A stretch of 64,000 bases of DNA. It comes from Felis catus (taxonomy: Eukaryota). This document shows positions 12,850 to 28,676 of this stretch, piece after piece (the first letter of the stretch is position 1; each line of letters opens with the position of its first letter). A program made the translations under genes and the position numbers. Under the pieces are notes generated by a model, which saw only the letters and a program-made list of their open reading frames with translations, was not told the origin of the DNA and did no database searches. Location: NCBI RefSeq assembly GCF_018350175.1, contig NC_058368.1, positions 114,082,001-114,146,000 on the forward strand. Direction: 5' to 3'.

Positions 12850-13939
12850 CTTTGAATGGATGCACTTATACAGAGAATGCCCTGCACAAGACAGCAAATG
12901 TTCAAAGTTGGCTTCCCTCATTCCTGCCTTCTTTTGCCATAAGCAGTGGTAAACTAGTGGTGTCATTTGAACATGTGTCTCTAAGGATATAATTGGGAAG
13001 GCAAGCCTAACACAAAAGCCCATATAATGAAGTGTGCCCCTTAAATGGATTCTTTCTCCTTCCTGAGGCATTCTCTGCTGCAGCCCTAGCATGCATCCCT
13101 GAGAGTTTCTAATGCCTACCTTTAGGATACTTGGCAATTCCTAACGAGGTGCTTTTGGCAAAACTTCTTCAAAGGATTGTTTGAACATATGCTAGAGAAG
13201 TCTCCTGTTTCCCAGTGCCTCAGAATGCCCTCAAAATTCTTATCAGTGGGAGAAACAAATTTGCATGAAGCCTCCCAAATCACCTTGAAAAAAACTCACA
13301 TTTTCAAAGGGACCGAACCCACAGGAAGAAACCTGGATTGAAGTCCTAAGCTTGAATACACTGATTGTTTAATCATGGACAAATTATTTCCCTTCTCTGT
13401 GCCTCAGTTTCCTCTTCTGTAAAGAGAAGCTGGCTTTCCAGAGCTACTAGAGCTCTGATTCAAGGAATGAGAGGAAAGTGAGCTTGGAGTCTATAGCACT
13501 GAAATCCCAGGAGGGCAAGAGTTGTATGAAAGCCCAAAGCTCAGAAAAGATTTGCAACCATTAACCAAAACCTGCCAGGGCTGGATTAACTTCTACAGCA
13601 GGGGAAGTGCCCTGGGATTTTAATTTAAGAATGTGAGTCCTGTGAGAAATTATTTCATGTGGAGTTGAAGGATTTTGTGGAGTGAGAGACGTAGGCAGTG
13701 GTAAAGGAATAAATCCTCTTCACCTTTGCAAAGCAGAGCAAAGCAAAATCCAAATCCCTTTCCTACTTGTTTTCCCTATGCTAAAGACAGGAGCAAAGAT
13801 AGGATCCTGCTGCCACCTTGTGGCACACTGGGCAGTTTAGAAAGAAGGGTTTACTTAATCTCAGTTCCCCAGATTTCCCCAGGTTTCCCTCAGGAAACCT
13901 CCCTTATAATTTCACAGAGCTTGAAAACTCACAAACACT

Positions 13940-14120
13940 TTCAACCCTATTATCTCATCTCATTCTCGCAACAACTATGTAGAGTAGCAGAAGGGAGTTA
14001 AACTCCATTTTACAATGGAAGAAACCGAAGCTCAGACCAACTACGACACTTGCCTAAAGTCACAGTTAGTAACTGGCAATCAGGATGGGCACTCACACCT
14101 CCTGACTCTAAATCAGGCAA
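13940..14120 (-). mobile_element. MIR remnant
   Basis: ccattttacaatggaagaaaccgaagctcag...cttgcctaaagtcacagttagtaa. Confidence 0.65.
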
Positions 14121-15139
14121 TTCATTGAGGATGAAACAGGTTTAGATATGCTCTAGGACTAGGAATTTGAGAGAGGGAGCCTTACAAAGAGGAAAGCTTA
14201 ATTTCTTCTACAGATAAAACTGGCCAAAGTCCCTAGTTAGACTGCACGGCTACAGAAAAAAAGCATCCAAATAAGCCTGAATTCCTGCCTTCCTTCCTAG
14301 TTTGCAGATTCTTGGTTAACATCTCTAGGCCTCTCCAGCTGCTCTGCCTCCCTCAGCTCCCCAGCCCAGACTACCCATGGAGCTCACGACTTATTTACAG
14401 CTAAATGCTGAACACCAAATGGATCCTAGGCAAGGAAGCCACAACACCCAGAAATCAGCAAGAACTACTGGGAGTGCTGTTCTGTCCCAGGGTTACAGTT
14501 CATTGTATTTGAGACTCCGTCCAAATTTTCTTACAAGTTTTAGAGGGAAGTCCAGTTGGCTTGCCCCATAATGATGTCATGCTCATTGAAACCTGAGGGG
14601 CAATGCTGTGGTTGTATAATTTTTCAACTGGCATATGGGTATGATCTGAAATTAATCTGACAGTTTCCAATTTCTCCAAGGCAACCATAACTTATTTGAC
14701 ACAGAATTGCAAAGTCCAGTGCCTATACTTTCCACCACCCATAAGTATCCCTTTAGTTTCACTCATTCATTCATTCACTAAGTGAATAGTGCACATTTCA
14801 CTAAATGAGAAGGGTACTGCGATAAGCCCTTCGGTAAGGACTTTGTTGCCTAATGGTGAAGAGAGGGAAATAGGTAAAGAACATAATTATAATTATGTGA
14901 GATGCAAGTATTAAGTGTTTGAGGGTTAAGAGAAAAATAAGAGTTTTTCTCGCTTGGGGTTAGAAGACTAGGGATAAGAAGTGGATAAAGAACTAATTCA
15001 TGGATATTTCACACATAAAACCCTTCACAGTCTGGCCTTTACAAACCCTCCCTGCCTTCTCTTCTGCTACTACTTTGCTCTCACCCTACCATATTCTGAA
15101 CCCAAGTTTTCTTCAGTACTTCAAGGATTAAGAGTTAGG

Positions 15140-15370
15140 CTTAACTTTTAATCAGACAGATCTGGACTCTAATCCCAGCTCTGACACATTAAACAACGTT
15201 GGGCAAGTGATACAATTTCTCGAAGCCTCAGTTTCCTGATCTGTAAATTGGAGAGTATAGTAAGACTCATTTTCAAAGGTTTTTGTGAGAGTCAAGTGAT
15301 ATACATGTATGCAAAGCACCTGGATTTGTGCCTGACATGTAGTAAAGACTTAATAAATAGTAAATAATAT
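15140..15370 (+). mobile_element. MIR
   Basis: aatcccagctctg...ttgggcaagt...gcctcagtttcctgatctgtaaa...gtgcctgacatgtagtaa. Confidence 0.75.
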
Positions 15371-16056
15371 GGTTCATTATCTCTCTGCCTTTGATCATGT
15401 TTCCTTTACCTGAGATTCCCTTTACCTTCTCAAATTGTTTTATCCATATTTCTCCTTTAGAACCATCACAAAAGTCTTTTTTCTTGAGTGCCTTACACTT
15501 TGCCAGCTGTTTTCCAATGAGTGCTCAGAACCTTGGTTCACATCACCTTTACTGTATTTATGGGATACCAATTTGTATATGTTGTATGTCTTTCAGATAT
15601 GTGAGGCTCCAGAGGGGAGAAGCTAGCTAGGTCTTCCCCATTCTGCCCTAAGCACCTAGCACAGTATATGACTCATGGTACTACTAGAGAAATTATTGTT
15701 GAATAAAAATTATGTCTCAGCTGAACCTTAAATAAATAAATAAATACATAAATAAATAGGAATTAAAGCATATCTTTGGATGGTCTTTTGAATGTGAATA
15801 CTACCTTATTAATGCTGTACATGAAATCATTGAAACCCACTAGAACTGATTACCAAGGATTAACCTTTAATATAAACTGACAGCACCAAAGTGGGTCAAA
15901 ATTTCATTAGGGGAGGTTGGAGGTGGATGCATGGATAAATGGAAGGATTGGAAGGATCCTGGATCCCAGGTGGTGGCTCAGAAAATGGGTGCAGGCCTTC
16001 CTTGGGTAGGGGTATTCAATGAGGATGGGAAAGGAATCACTTTATGACTAAAGTAG

Positions 16057-19317
<3,261 letters not shown>

Positions 19318-20775
19318 AGTGGGTAAGAGAGATTCAAGGATGGAAAAAGAGGAAGATAAAAAACAAACATCACAATTTTTCCATTAAGGTCCTAAGAGGA
19401 AGGCAGTGCCTTGTACATGTACCTATCATGTATAAGGTCATCTAAAGGAAGGAAAATGACATAATTTCTGGATACTTATGAAAAATTACAGGGGATGCAA
19501 AGAAACAGGATCATACAGTCATAACATGGATAAAATTCAATTAATAGAATACAGAAATGACAGCATAGAGTAGACAAAGATATTAAAACCGCTATTATAA
19601 ATATGCTTTACTTGTTAAACTGATAGAAGAAAACATAAGTATAACAAGGAGAGAAAATAGAAGACCTCTAAAAGGGTCAGTCTGTAGATTAGAGCTTTCT
19701 GACTGTTCATAATGAAACCATTCTTTACCTGCTGAGAAGCTACCTTATCTGTCATCACAACAGAGAAAGAGGTCTCCAGATCCTTTTTATGTGCCATTAT
19801 TTCCTTAAATATTTTTCTGGTGTCACTGCCCTTCTCCAGCTCCAATTACATGATATTGTCCCACAGCATACTGATGCTCTATTCATTGTTTTGCTTTGCT
19901 TTGCTTCAGTCTTTTTTCTCTGTGCTTTATTTTGGATAGTTTCTATTGTTATGCCTTCAAGTGTCTCATCTTTTCTTCTACTATGTCTAATCTATTAATC
20001 CCATCCAAAGTACTTCTCATCACAAATATTTTTAATTTCTAGATTTGGATCTTTTGTTTTGTATCTTCCATCTTCTCTCCTTGTTATACTCATGTTTTCT
20101 TCTATCACTTTAACAAGTAAAGCATATTTATAATAGCAGTTTTAATATCTTTGTCTACTCACTCTATGCTCTCGTTTCTATATTTTGTTTCTATTAATTG
20201 AATTTTATCCATGTTATGACTGTATGATCCTGTTTCTTTGCATGTCCTGTAATTTTTCATAAGAATCCAGAAATTATGTCATTTGCCTTCCTTTAAAGAT
20301 TACAATCATGTGATACCTGCTGTCCAATGCCTAAAATACTGTTCTATGTATCTTGCTGGGTTTTTTACTTGTTGAAGGTCCTTATACTCTATCATGGCTG
20401 GAAATGGAAGGCCTTGCAATCCTAAATAAATTAATTCACTAAGCATCAATGATTGCTTACATCACGATGAAAGAGAGAATCAGAAATTATGTGCCTCCTG
20501 GCGACACATCATTATTTACGATGTAGTCCTGCAAAAAAGTATACATCAAATTTGAATCTGATCAAAACTCTAGATATAACTACCAATTTATAGGAAATAC
20601 ATAAAACAGAGGAATATCTTAAACTATACCACAGAGATACAATCAATAAAATCAAAATTTCAGAAAACTCTGTAGGACAAACAACTAGCTTTTTTGACAA
20701 TTTAAATTACAAGAAAATTTAAAAGGTGGAAGGCAAGCTATAGATGAAAAGAGACTTCAGATATAAAAATGTATT

Positions 20776-21020
20776 GGGCACCTGGCTGGCTCAGTTGTTA
20801 AGCATCTGACATCAGCTCAGTTCATGATCTCATGGTTCCTGAATTCAAGTCCCACATCTGGTGAGCTCATGTCCTACTTCAGGCAAGCACGTTCCCCACT
20901 TTGGGTAAAACATGAGCCCCACTTTGGGCGAGCCCCGCTTTTCTCTCTCTCTCTCTCTCTCTCTGCCCCTCCTGGGAGTCTCTCTGCCCCTTGCTCACTT
21001 GTGCTCTCTCTCTCTCTCCA
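20776..21020 (+). mobile_element. Can-SINE with internally reiterated body
   Basis: Normal head, then several gagccccac-like units before the CT tract. Confidence 0.85.
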
Positions 21021-21028
21021 AAACCATA

Positions 21029-21090
21029 CATATATATATATATATAAATATATATATATATAAATATATATATATATAAATATATATATA

Positions 21091-21132
<42 letters not shown>

Positions 21133-21155
21133 TACACACACACATACATACATAC
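21029..21155. repeat. (TA)n/(CA)n microsatellite (SINE tail)
   Basis: Direct reading. Confidence 0.95.
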
Positions 21156-21639
21156 ATTTATCAATGTATTATCATGTGTGGACCTTACATGGATCCTTAC
21201 TCAAGCAAATAAACGGTGAGAAAAAATTAGGACACTTACAAAACAATTGGAAATTTACATTCAAACTAGACAAACTAGTTGATGGTATTAAGGAATCATT
21301 ATTAATTTTAGGTGTAGTAATGGTATTAGGATTATTTTTAAGTCATCTTTTAGAGAAACATTCTGGCATATTTACAAGTGAAATCATATGATGTTTAATA
21401 TTTGCTTCATATGAATATAATAGGGGACAAGTGGGTACAGATAAAATAAGACTGGCCACAAATAGGTAATCACAGAAGCTAACTGATACATATGTTTGAA
21501 AGTTTCTACTACAAAATAAAAATTGTTCAAGAGTTATAAAATTGAGATATGGATTCTAAATTTGGCTTGACATCATTCTGCTTCATCTCTCTCTATAAAA
21601 TATGAAATATAAAACTTATCCCAATATACTTTCCATTAT

Positions 21640-21810
21640 GTCCACTTATGAGCTATGTGATGTAGAGAAGTTACTTCATCTTTTAAGCCTCAGTTTAAAA
21701 AGTGATGAATGTAACAGCAAATTTTTAGGACTACTATATGGGTTAAATTAGGTAATATATGTTAAGCCCTTATCATAGTGCCTAGCACAAAGTAATTATC
21801 ATCTATCATT
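21640..21810 (+). mobile_element. MIR remnant
   Basis: ccacttatgagctatgtga...aagttacttcatc...gcctcagttt...agtgcctagcaca. Confidence 0.6.
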
Positions 21811-22680
21811 ATTATTATTATATCTTGATGCATCTAAGAGACACCAATGGTTGAATTCTGTATATAATTTTAAATCAAAGTACTCTATAGTTTATTTTCT
21901 TATCCCTTTCCTTTCCATATCCTTTCTGAAACTTCCCCTCTGAAATTCTATGGAACAATGTGCCCAACAGCATAAGCCAGGAGAGAAAGAGCTTGGCTCT
22001 CCTTTCCAGGGACAGTCATTGCTGTGGCTCTGGAAAAACGGAGGTGCCACTTTCATCATTGTCAGAATATAGTATGCAGCTGTTCTTCTGGTATGCCACA
22101 CATCCTGAGGTTGCTCCCAAGGGCTAAAAACAGAGCTCAAGCCATCAGCCCAGCTCAGCCAAGATCATTCTTTTTCAAGGTGGCCCCATTTCAGATAAAA
22201 TGGGCACTTTATATGTATCCCTTTTCTAACTAAGAGTTGGTCTTCCCTCCCGGTCTGTGGCCTACTTGAGGACAAGGGCTGTGTCTAGTTTATCTTTAGA
22301 GCTTATGCTCCTAGCAAAGCATCTGGGATAGAGCAGGTACTTAATATTTGCTACATGAAGAAATTAACTGTCTATTATTTTGTTTTATTTGGAGTGGGGC
22401 AGGAATGGGAAAGAAACATTGATAGTAGACATGCAGGAAACCAATGTTGGATGAATCTTTCTAACAGTTTTTTACCAGGGAGTACAAACGTATTTACAAC
22501 TTCCAATTCACTTCTATTCCCACGAAATACTTACAGTTCCCCAAATACATCCTAAATTTCCTTCTGAGCCTGTGTTCAAACTATTCTCTCTACCTATTAA
22601 TATCCCTCCCCCAACTAACTCACCTTCACACTTTATACATCCTTCAACACTTGGTTTCAGTATCCCCTCTTCCATGAAGC

Positions 22681-22891
22681 TTTTTTTTTTCTTTTTTAAT
22701 GTTTTATTTTTGAGAGAGAGAGAGAGACAGAATGTGAGCAGGGGAGAAGCAGAGAGAGAGACACAAAATCTGAAGCAGACTCCAGGCTCTGAGCTGTCAG
22801 CACAGAGCCCAACACGGGCTCAAACTCATAAACCGAGAGATCATGACCTGAGAAGTGAGACGCTTAACCAACTGAGCCACCCAGGCACCCC
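22681..22891 (-). mobile_element. Can-SINE
   Basis: Reverse head gagccacccaggcacccc; TSD tgaagcttttt. Confidence 0.92.
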
Positions 22892-22932
22892 TCGTGAAGC
22901 TTTTTTCAACCACTGTAGCTGAACGGGGTATC

Positions 22933-23150
22933 TTTTTTTTTTTAAGTTTACTTATTTTGAGAGAGAGAAGGAGAGAGAGAACATGCTCACAAGTGGGGGA
23001 GGGGCAGCGAGACAGGGAGAGAGAATCCCAAGCAGGCTAAGCACTATCAGTGCAGAGTGTGATGTGGGGTTGATCTCATGAATCACGAGATCATAATCTG
23101 AGTCAAAATCAGAGTCGAATGCTCAACTGACTGAGCCATCCAGGTGCCCC
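22933..23150 (-). mobile_element. Can-SINE
   Basis: Reverse head gagccatccaggtgcccc. Confidence 0.9.
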
Positions 23151-23670
23151 TTTAAGGGGCATCTTCTTGACTTAACACTTTAGATTTCGCTCAAGGTATT
23201 CATAATATTCTATCACATGATGTGGTTGGTTGTAGAGGTTTCATAATGTTTATAAGATTGAGGACAAGGATCATATTTAAATTTCTTTGGCATCTAGGGT
23301 AGTGCTTTGTACACATCAGGCATCTAATGGTGTTTAGTGTACTTACTGGCTAAACTTTGCAGAATAAAAAGCATAATCATTCACCCAAATTTAAAATATA
23401 AAACAAGTGAGCCTTTAAAAGTGTGTTTTATCTGTAAGATTTTTTTCCTTAAAAAATTAACACATTGTTTTTCAAGTTCTGCTATCCTACTATTATCTGT
23501 TTTATTAGACAATATCCTCCACTCCTAGAAAGCCAAGGAAAAACTATAATGAGGCATATAGACTTTTTAATTAAGCAAATTAAAGAGAAAATTTTACAAT
23601 ATTAAAAAATAGTAATTGGACATTTCCTTCAAATTTCATGGTAAGACAGACTAGGGTATTTAAAAGTGAT

Positions 23671-23905
23671 GAGGCACCTGGGTGGTTCACTCAGTTAAGC
23701 AACCAACTCTTGATTTCACCTCAGGTCATAATCTCATGGTTTGTGAGTTTAAGCCTCGCTTTGGCCCCTATGTTGATAGCACAGAGCCTGCTTATAATCT
23801 CTCTCCTTCTCTCTGCCCCTCCCCAGCTTGCACATATTCTCATTCTCTCTCTTTCTCTCTCACAATAAATAAATTTTAAAAAATTTAAATTTTTATAAAT
23901 AAATA
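23671..23905 (+). mobile_element. Can-SINE
   Basis: gaggcacctgggtggttcactcagttaagc; CT tract; A tail. Confidence 0.88.
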
Positions 23906-24629
23906 ATCAAGAATCACTAGACAATTGTATAATCTTGGCCAAGCCCTTGATTTTTCCAAATATCCCCAAACTACTTCTCAGCAGATTTACAGGGCACGAA
24001 GTGTCGAAAAGTATAAAATATTAAATAACTTCAGGCTACTATACTTCTCAAAGGTAAGGGCCAGGATAGAAGTAAATTTCATTTCTCAAAATTAAAGGTG
24101 AGCTGACACTTCCTTGTTACTTGGATAATTGCTTTTATTTTCTCTTCTACATGATACACTCTAGCACTGCCATCATATATTTACCATTTTGTTGCCTTTC
24201 CTCTTTTTCATTCCTTCTAGATTAAAGATTAAGATATATAAACCATTGACATCTCCCACCACCCACATCCCATCCCCAGCAAGCAAGTTCAATGTAGCCT
24301 TGTCCGTGCTATTTCTTAAAGTTATATTTTATTGCTTAGATCATCTAGTCCATCTTTTCCATTTTACACATGAGGAGCTGAAAGTCTACACAGAGTATGT
24401 TATTTGTTCAAGGTCACGCAGCTAGTGTCAGACCCCATAAAAGAATCTCCTTTTCTTATCTCCCAGTTCTCAATATTACATTCAACAATGTCTAGGCACA
24501 CAGATGGCCATTAACAAATATTTTCTTGAAATTAAATGAATTTAATTGCTTCTTCTTTGTTTGACAAAAATACCTGGCCACCCTATAGAATGTGGAACAA
24601 AAGGGTGAAAGTGCTGTTCTGAATGCGGT

Positions 24630-24990
24630 GGTTTAAAAGGTAGTTAGTTTAGTCTAGACTCTAGAGTAGGCTGCTTGGGCTCTGATTTGGGCTCTGCCAC
24701 TGGCCATCTGTATGATCTTAGGAAAAACTGCTTTACATTTCTTAGCCTCAGCTTTCTCATTTGAAAAAGGAAGATAATCACAGAAACTACCTCAAAGGAT
24801 GTTTATTCATTCAATAACATTTGTTGAACACTTACTCTTAAGCAGGTACTATGATAGATGCCTGGGATACAGCAATGGACAGGAAATAAAAGATCATACC
24901 CTGCAAAGCTAAAATTCTACTAGGATTAAAGGATATATCCAAATAAAATGCCTAGTATGGAGTATGGTCCCTAGCAAATGTTCAATAAAT
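24630..24990. mobile_element. MIR with an embedded L2 3' remnant
   Basis: gggctctgccact...gcctcagctttctcatt (MIR +); attcattcaataacatttgttgaacac (L2 -). Confidence 0.6.
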
Positions 24991-25441
24991 GTTACTTGTT
25001 GTAATCATTATTATTAAAAATACACTGTATATCCACGTTTAAAAAGCCTATCAGCAAATAAATCTTACAAACTAAAAGCTCCAAGCAAGATTTTAGAGTA
25101 TAAAACAGCTCACACAGTAGTGTTTCACAAGGACAGACATTATCACCATGGCAATATTTTTCTGAGTTCCTTAATAGCACTTGCTTGATGCTGTGGAAGG
25201 TTCAAGCATGATCTGCGAAAAAACCTTGTAAATAGCATCATATAAGGGGTGAAGAAAATCCTCTCCAATTTATGTTCAAAAAACGTAACGTTCTCTGTAG
25301 AATCATCTGATAAAATTCAATGTACACAATCTTAAATTAAGAAACATAAACTGGGGGATAATTACTTGTATTACAATGGGAGTTATCAAAAATTTCTTTT
25401 CAATAGCCACATTTCCTAGCATATTCAAAAAATGATGCACT

Positions 25442-25620
25442 GGGGCACCTGGGTGGTTCAGTTAAGCATGTGACTTTGGCTCAGGTCATCATCTTGCGGT
25501 TCATGAGTGTGAGCCCAGCATTCTCTCTGCTGTCAGCATAGAGCCCAATTCAGATCCTCTGCCTCCCTCTCTCTCTGCCCCTCCCTCCTCCCTCAAAAAT
25601 AAATAAAAACATTTTAATTA
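25442..25620 (+). mobile_element. Can-SINE
   Basis: ggggcacctgggtggttcag head. Confidence 0.88.
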
Positions 25621-25661
25621 AAAACAAATAATGATGTACTGTTTAAAAAAAGTCCACATGA

Positions 25662-25797
25662 GGGGTGCCTGGGTGGCTGAGTCAGTTCAACAGCCAACTT
25701 CAGCTCGGGTCATGATCTTGTGGTTTACAGGTTTGAGCCCCACATTGGGCTCTGTGCTGACAGCTCAGAGCCTGGAGCCTGCTTCAGATTCTGTGTG

Positions 25798-25837
<40 letters not shown>

Positions 25838-25910
25838 CTTCCCCTGCTCACACTCTGTCTCTCTTTTTGTCAAAAATAAATTTTAAAAAAACTTAAAAAA
25901 AATTTTTTTT
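25662..25910 (+). mobile_element. Can-SINE
   Basis: ggggtgcctgggtggctgag; long (CT)n; TSD-like tccacatga. Confidence 0.9.
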
Positions 25911-25914
25911 AATT

Positions 25915-26660
25915 CCACATGACTGACAAGCATATTCAACATCCTTAGTTTTTAGTGAAATGCAAATCAAAACCAAAATGAGGTTCACTTCACACCTACT
26001 AGGGTGGCTATTCACTTTTTACATGGAAAAGAACAGTTGGAGAGGATGTGGACAAACTGGAACGCTCATCCATTGCTGGTGGGCAGGTACAGTAGTCTCT
26101 GTGGAAAACAATTTGGTAGTTCTTCAAAAGTTAAACATATCTACTATATGATGCTGCAAAAGTTAACAATTACCTACCATATGATGCCATAATTCCACTT
26201 CTAGATATATACCAAAAAGAACTGAAAACAGGTACTTCCACAAGTGAGATGTGCATGTATGTTGACAGCAACACTATTCACAACAGCCAAGAGGTAGAAA
26301 CAACCCCAATATCCATTAATGGATGAATGGATAAACAAAGTGTAGTATATACATACAATCCAACATTATTCAATCCAGAAGTGGATTACTGATGTTTGCT
26401 ACCACATGGATCCAGTATATTACACTACGAACGCAGATACAAAAGGTCGAAAGAGTACATTTATATGAAATATCTAGCAGAGATAAATGCATAGACACAG
26501 AATGCGGATTAGAGGATGCCAAAGGCTATAAAGAAACAGGAATAGGGAGAAACTGCTTAATAGATAAAGTGTTTTACTTTGGAGTTTGGAACTAGAGAGA
26601 GATATAGTTGTGAATGTACTAAATGTCACTGATTTGTCCCCTTTAAAATAGTTTTATAAC
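25915..26660 (+). mobile_element. Ancient L1M (L1MB/MC-like) 3' end
   Basis: gaaatgcaaatcaaaaccaaaatgag...cagccaagaggtagaaacaacc...gatgaatggataaacaaa; MQIKTKMRF. Confidence 0.75.
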
Positions 26661-27436
26661 CAATGTTCTAAAAATATAAAAGATTCGTTTTAGATTACAT
26701 AAAACTGGTCTCAGTAATTTTTTTAAAAAAGATATTGTCCACATGTCCTATAAACATATATAAAAGCATAAGAAAAAAATTACAAGCAATTGTCTAGCTG
26801 TCTCAGATACCCCAAGCAAACAAGGCCTCTATTCACATTGAAGGAAAGAACAGAATGTTCTTTCTAAAATCCTAGTTTCTTCCTGTTAGAGGATAATTTT
26901 TTAAGGTAAAAGTATGACTGTCATACAAACAGAAAATGAACACATGACAAAGGTTTATTTAACCCATTAAAGATAACCAGTAAAACATTAAAAACTGGTT
27001 TAAGAGGCAGGCAGAAACAATGAAATGAATTTGTTAAGAGATACAAAACTAGCTTCTTGGGGAAAGCAGTGGCAGGGGATGGTGATCAACTGCATCCCCA
27101 CAAGACAAAATTTGATTGTTTTTATATAGACAACAGTAGGCATTATCCTCCGTTTTCTGCAACTTTAGGGAGCTTCAACAGCTCAAAGACAATGAAAGAT
27201 AAACTGGATAACTTGGAAGGATGCACTAGTCAATGCCTAGCATTCTAAAAGATACTCAGTGATTTTTTTTCCTCAGATTTCTAATTTTTTCCTGACATTC
27301 TTCTGGCATTCAAGGTAATTTACTACCTTATCAAATGGCTTCTCTTTCTTGGATTTCAGGTCCTTGTTTATTTAAAAAAACAACAACAACTTTTTTTAAG
27401 GAGCAATTGGTTTAGAAGACTTAAAGCCTGTCTGGA

Positions 27437-27627
27437 TTTTTTTTTTAATGTTTATTTGTTTTTGAGAAAGAGAGAGAGAACAAGTGCAAGAGGGGGCAGA
27501 GGGAGAAGGGGACAAAGGATCCAAAGTGGGCTCTGCAAGCCCAATGTGAGGTTCGAACTCACAAACCGTGAGATCATGACCTGAGCCAGAGTTATATGCT
27601 TAACCAACTGAGCCATCCAGGTGCCCC
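27437..27627 (-). mobile_element. Can-SINE
   Basis: Reverse head; TSD-like aagcctgtct(g/t)gat. Confidence 0.9.
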
Positions 27628-28463
27628 AAGCCTGTCTTGATCTTTGACAGCTTGACAACAACCAGTTTCCAACGGCCAGATGCTGAGTTAGAGATTCCTA
27701 CAGGTAACAGAGCCCTTCAAGCCATCAGCACTCATGATCACATCACATAAATTACTTCTCTTCTGGGACACGCCTTTCTTGATGAAGAAGACCGTACTTC
27801 TAACTAACCACTCCAGGATAATTTGCCTTTTTGCACTATTACCAGAAATATGACTTCCCCTCTGGTTCTGTCATGACCCACAAGCATCATTTCATTTTTA
27901 AACTGACTGGAACCAGAGGGAGAAGTAGTCTGCAGCTATGAAACAAAACAAAATAGTTGCCCTCCATGAGATGTTCAAAAAACACTGGTTGAGTTGAATG
28001 GCTTTTAAAATTCTTGTATCATTGGCGGGGAAGAGGGTCTGTGACCAATTGCACTTAGTTTACTGTATTGCAGCAACCCTGTATTACTTACTTAAGGGTC
28101 ACTTACTCAGTGTAACTGAGAATTACTAAGCATTGCATTCAGGATACACTTAGTTTACTGTAAATGCAGTATGAAATTTATGCTTCTTCCTCATGCTAGC
28201 TCTTCTACAGGATTCTCTAGCTCCCCAGTACGGAGCACACAGTAGGTCCTCAAAGGTTGCTTTGATTAAATTATATTTAATCATATAATATATTACAGAC
28301 AATGAAGTCTATACTTGTCAGGAAGTATTCTGCTTACTCATGATAACATCAAGTTTCTCTACTTATTGGGCCTAAGTTATTTTTATTGTATTTAAGGGTA
28401 TTGATCAATGCAACACACAAACAAAAGCACATCCACCAAAAGTGTGTAAAACAGAAGTCTTCA

Positions 28464-28676
28464 GGGGCACCTGGGTGGCTCAGTTGGTTAAGCATCCAAC
28501 TTCGGCTCAGGTCATGATCTCATCAGCCATGGGATCAAGCCCCATGTTGGACTCTTTGCTGACAGCTCTGAGCCTGGAGCCTGTTTCAAATTCTGTGTCT
28601 CCCCCCTCTATGTCCCTCCCCTGCTCATGCTCTGTCTCTGTCTCAAAAATAAGTAAACATTAAAAAAAAAAAAAAA
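28464..28676 (+). mobile_element. Can-SINE
   Basis: ggggcacctgggtggctcagttgg; TSD-like acagaagtct. Confidence 0.92.

Larger units (their letters stand above)
19440..21520. mobile_element. Cluster of ancient L1M-type fragments in both orientations
   Basis: gacaaagatattaaaaccgctattataaatatg (+), ORF1-like T-rich block 19780-20400 (-), L1ME/MC-like 3' pieces; strongly diverged. Confidence 0.5.
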
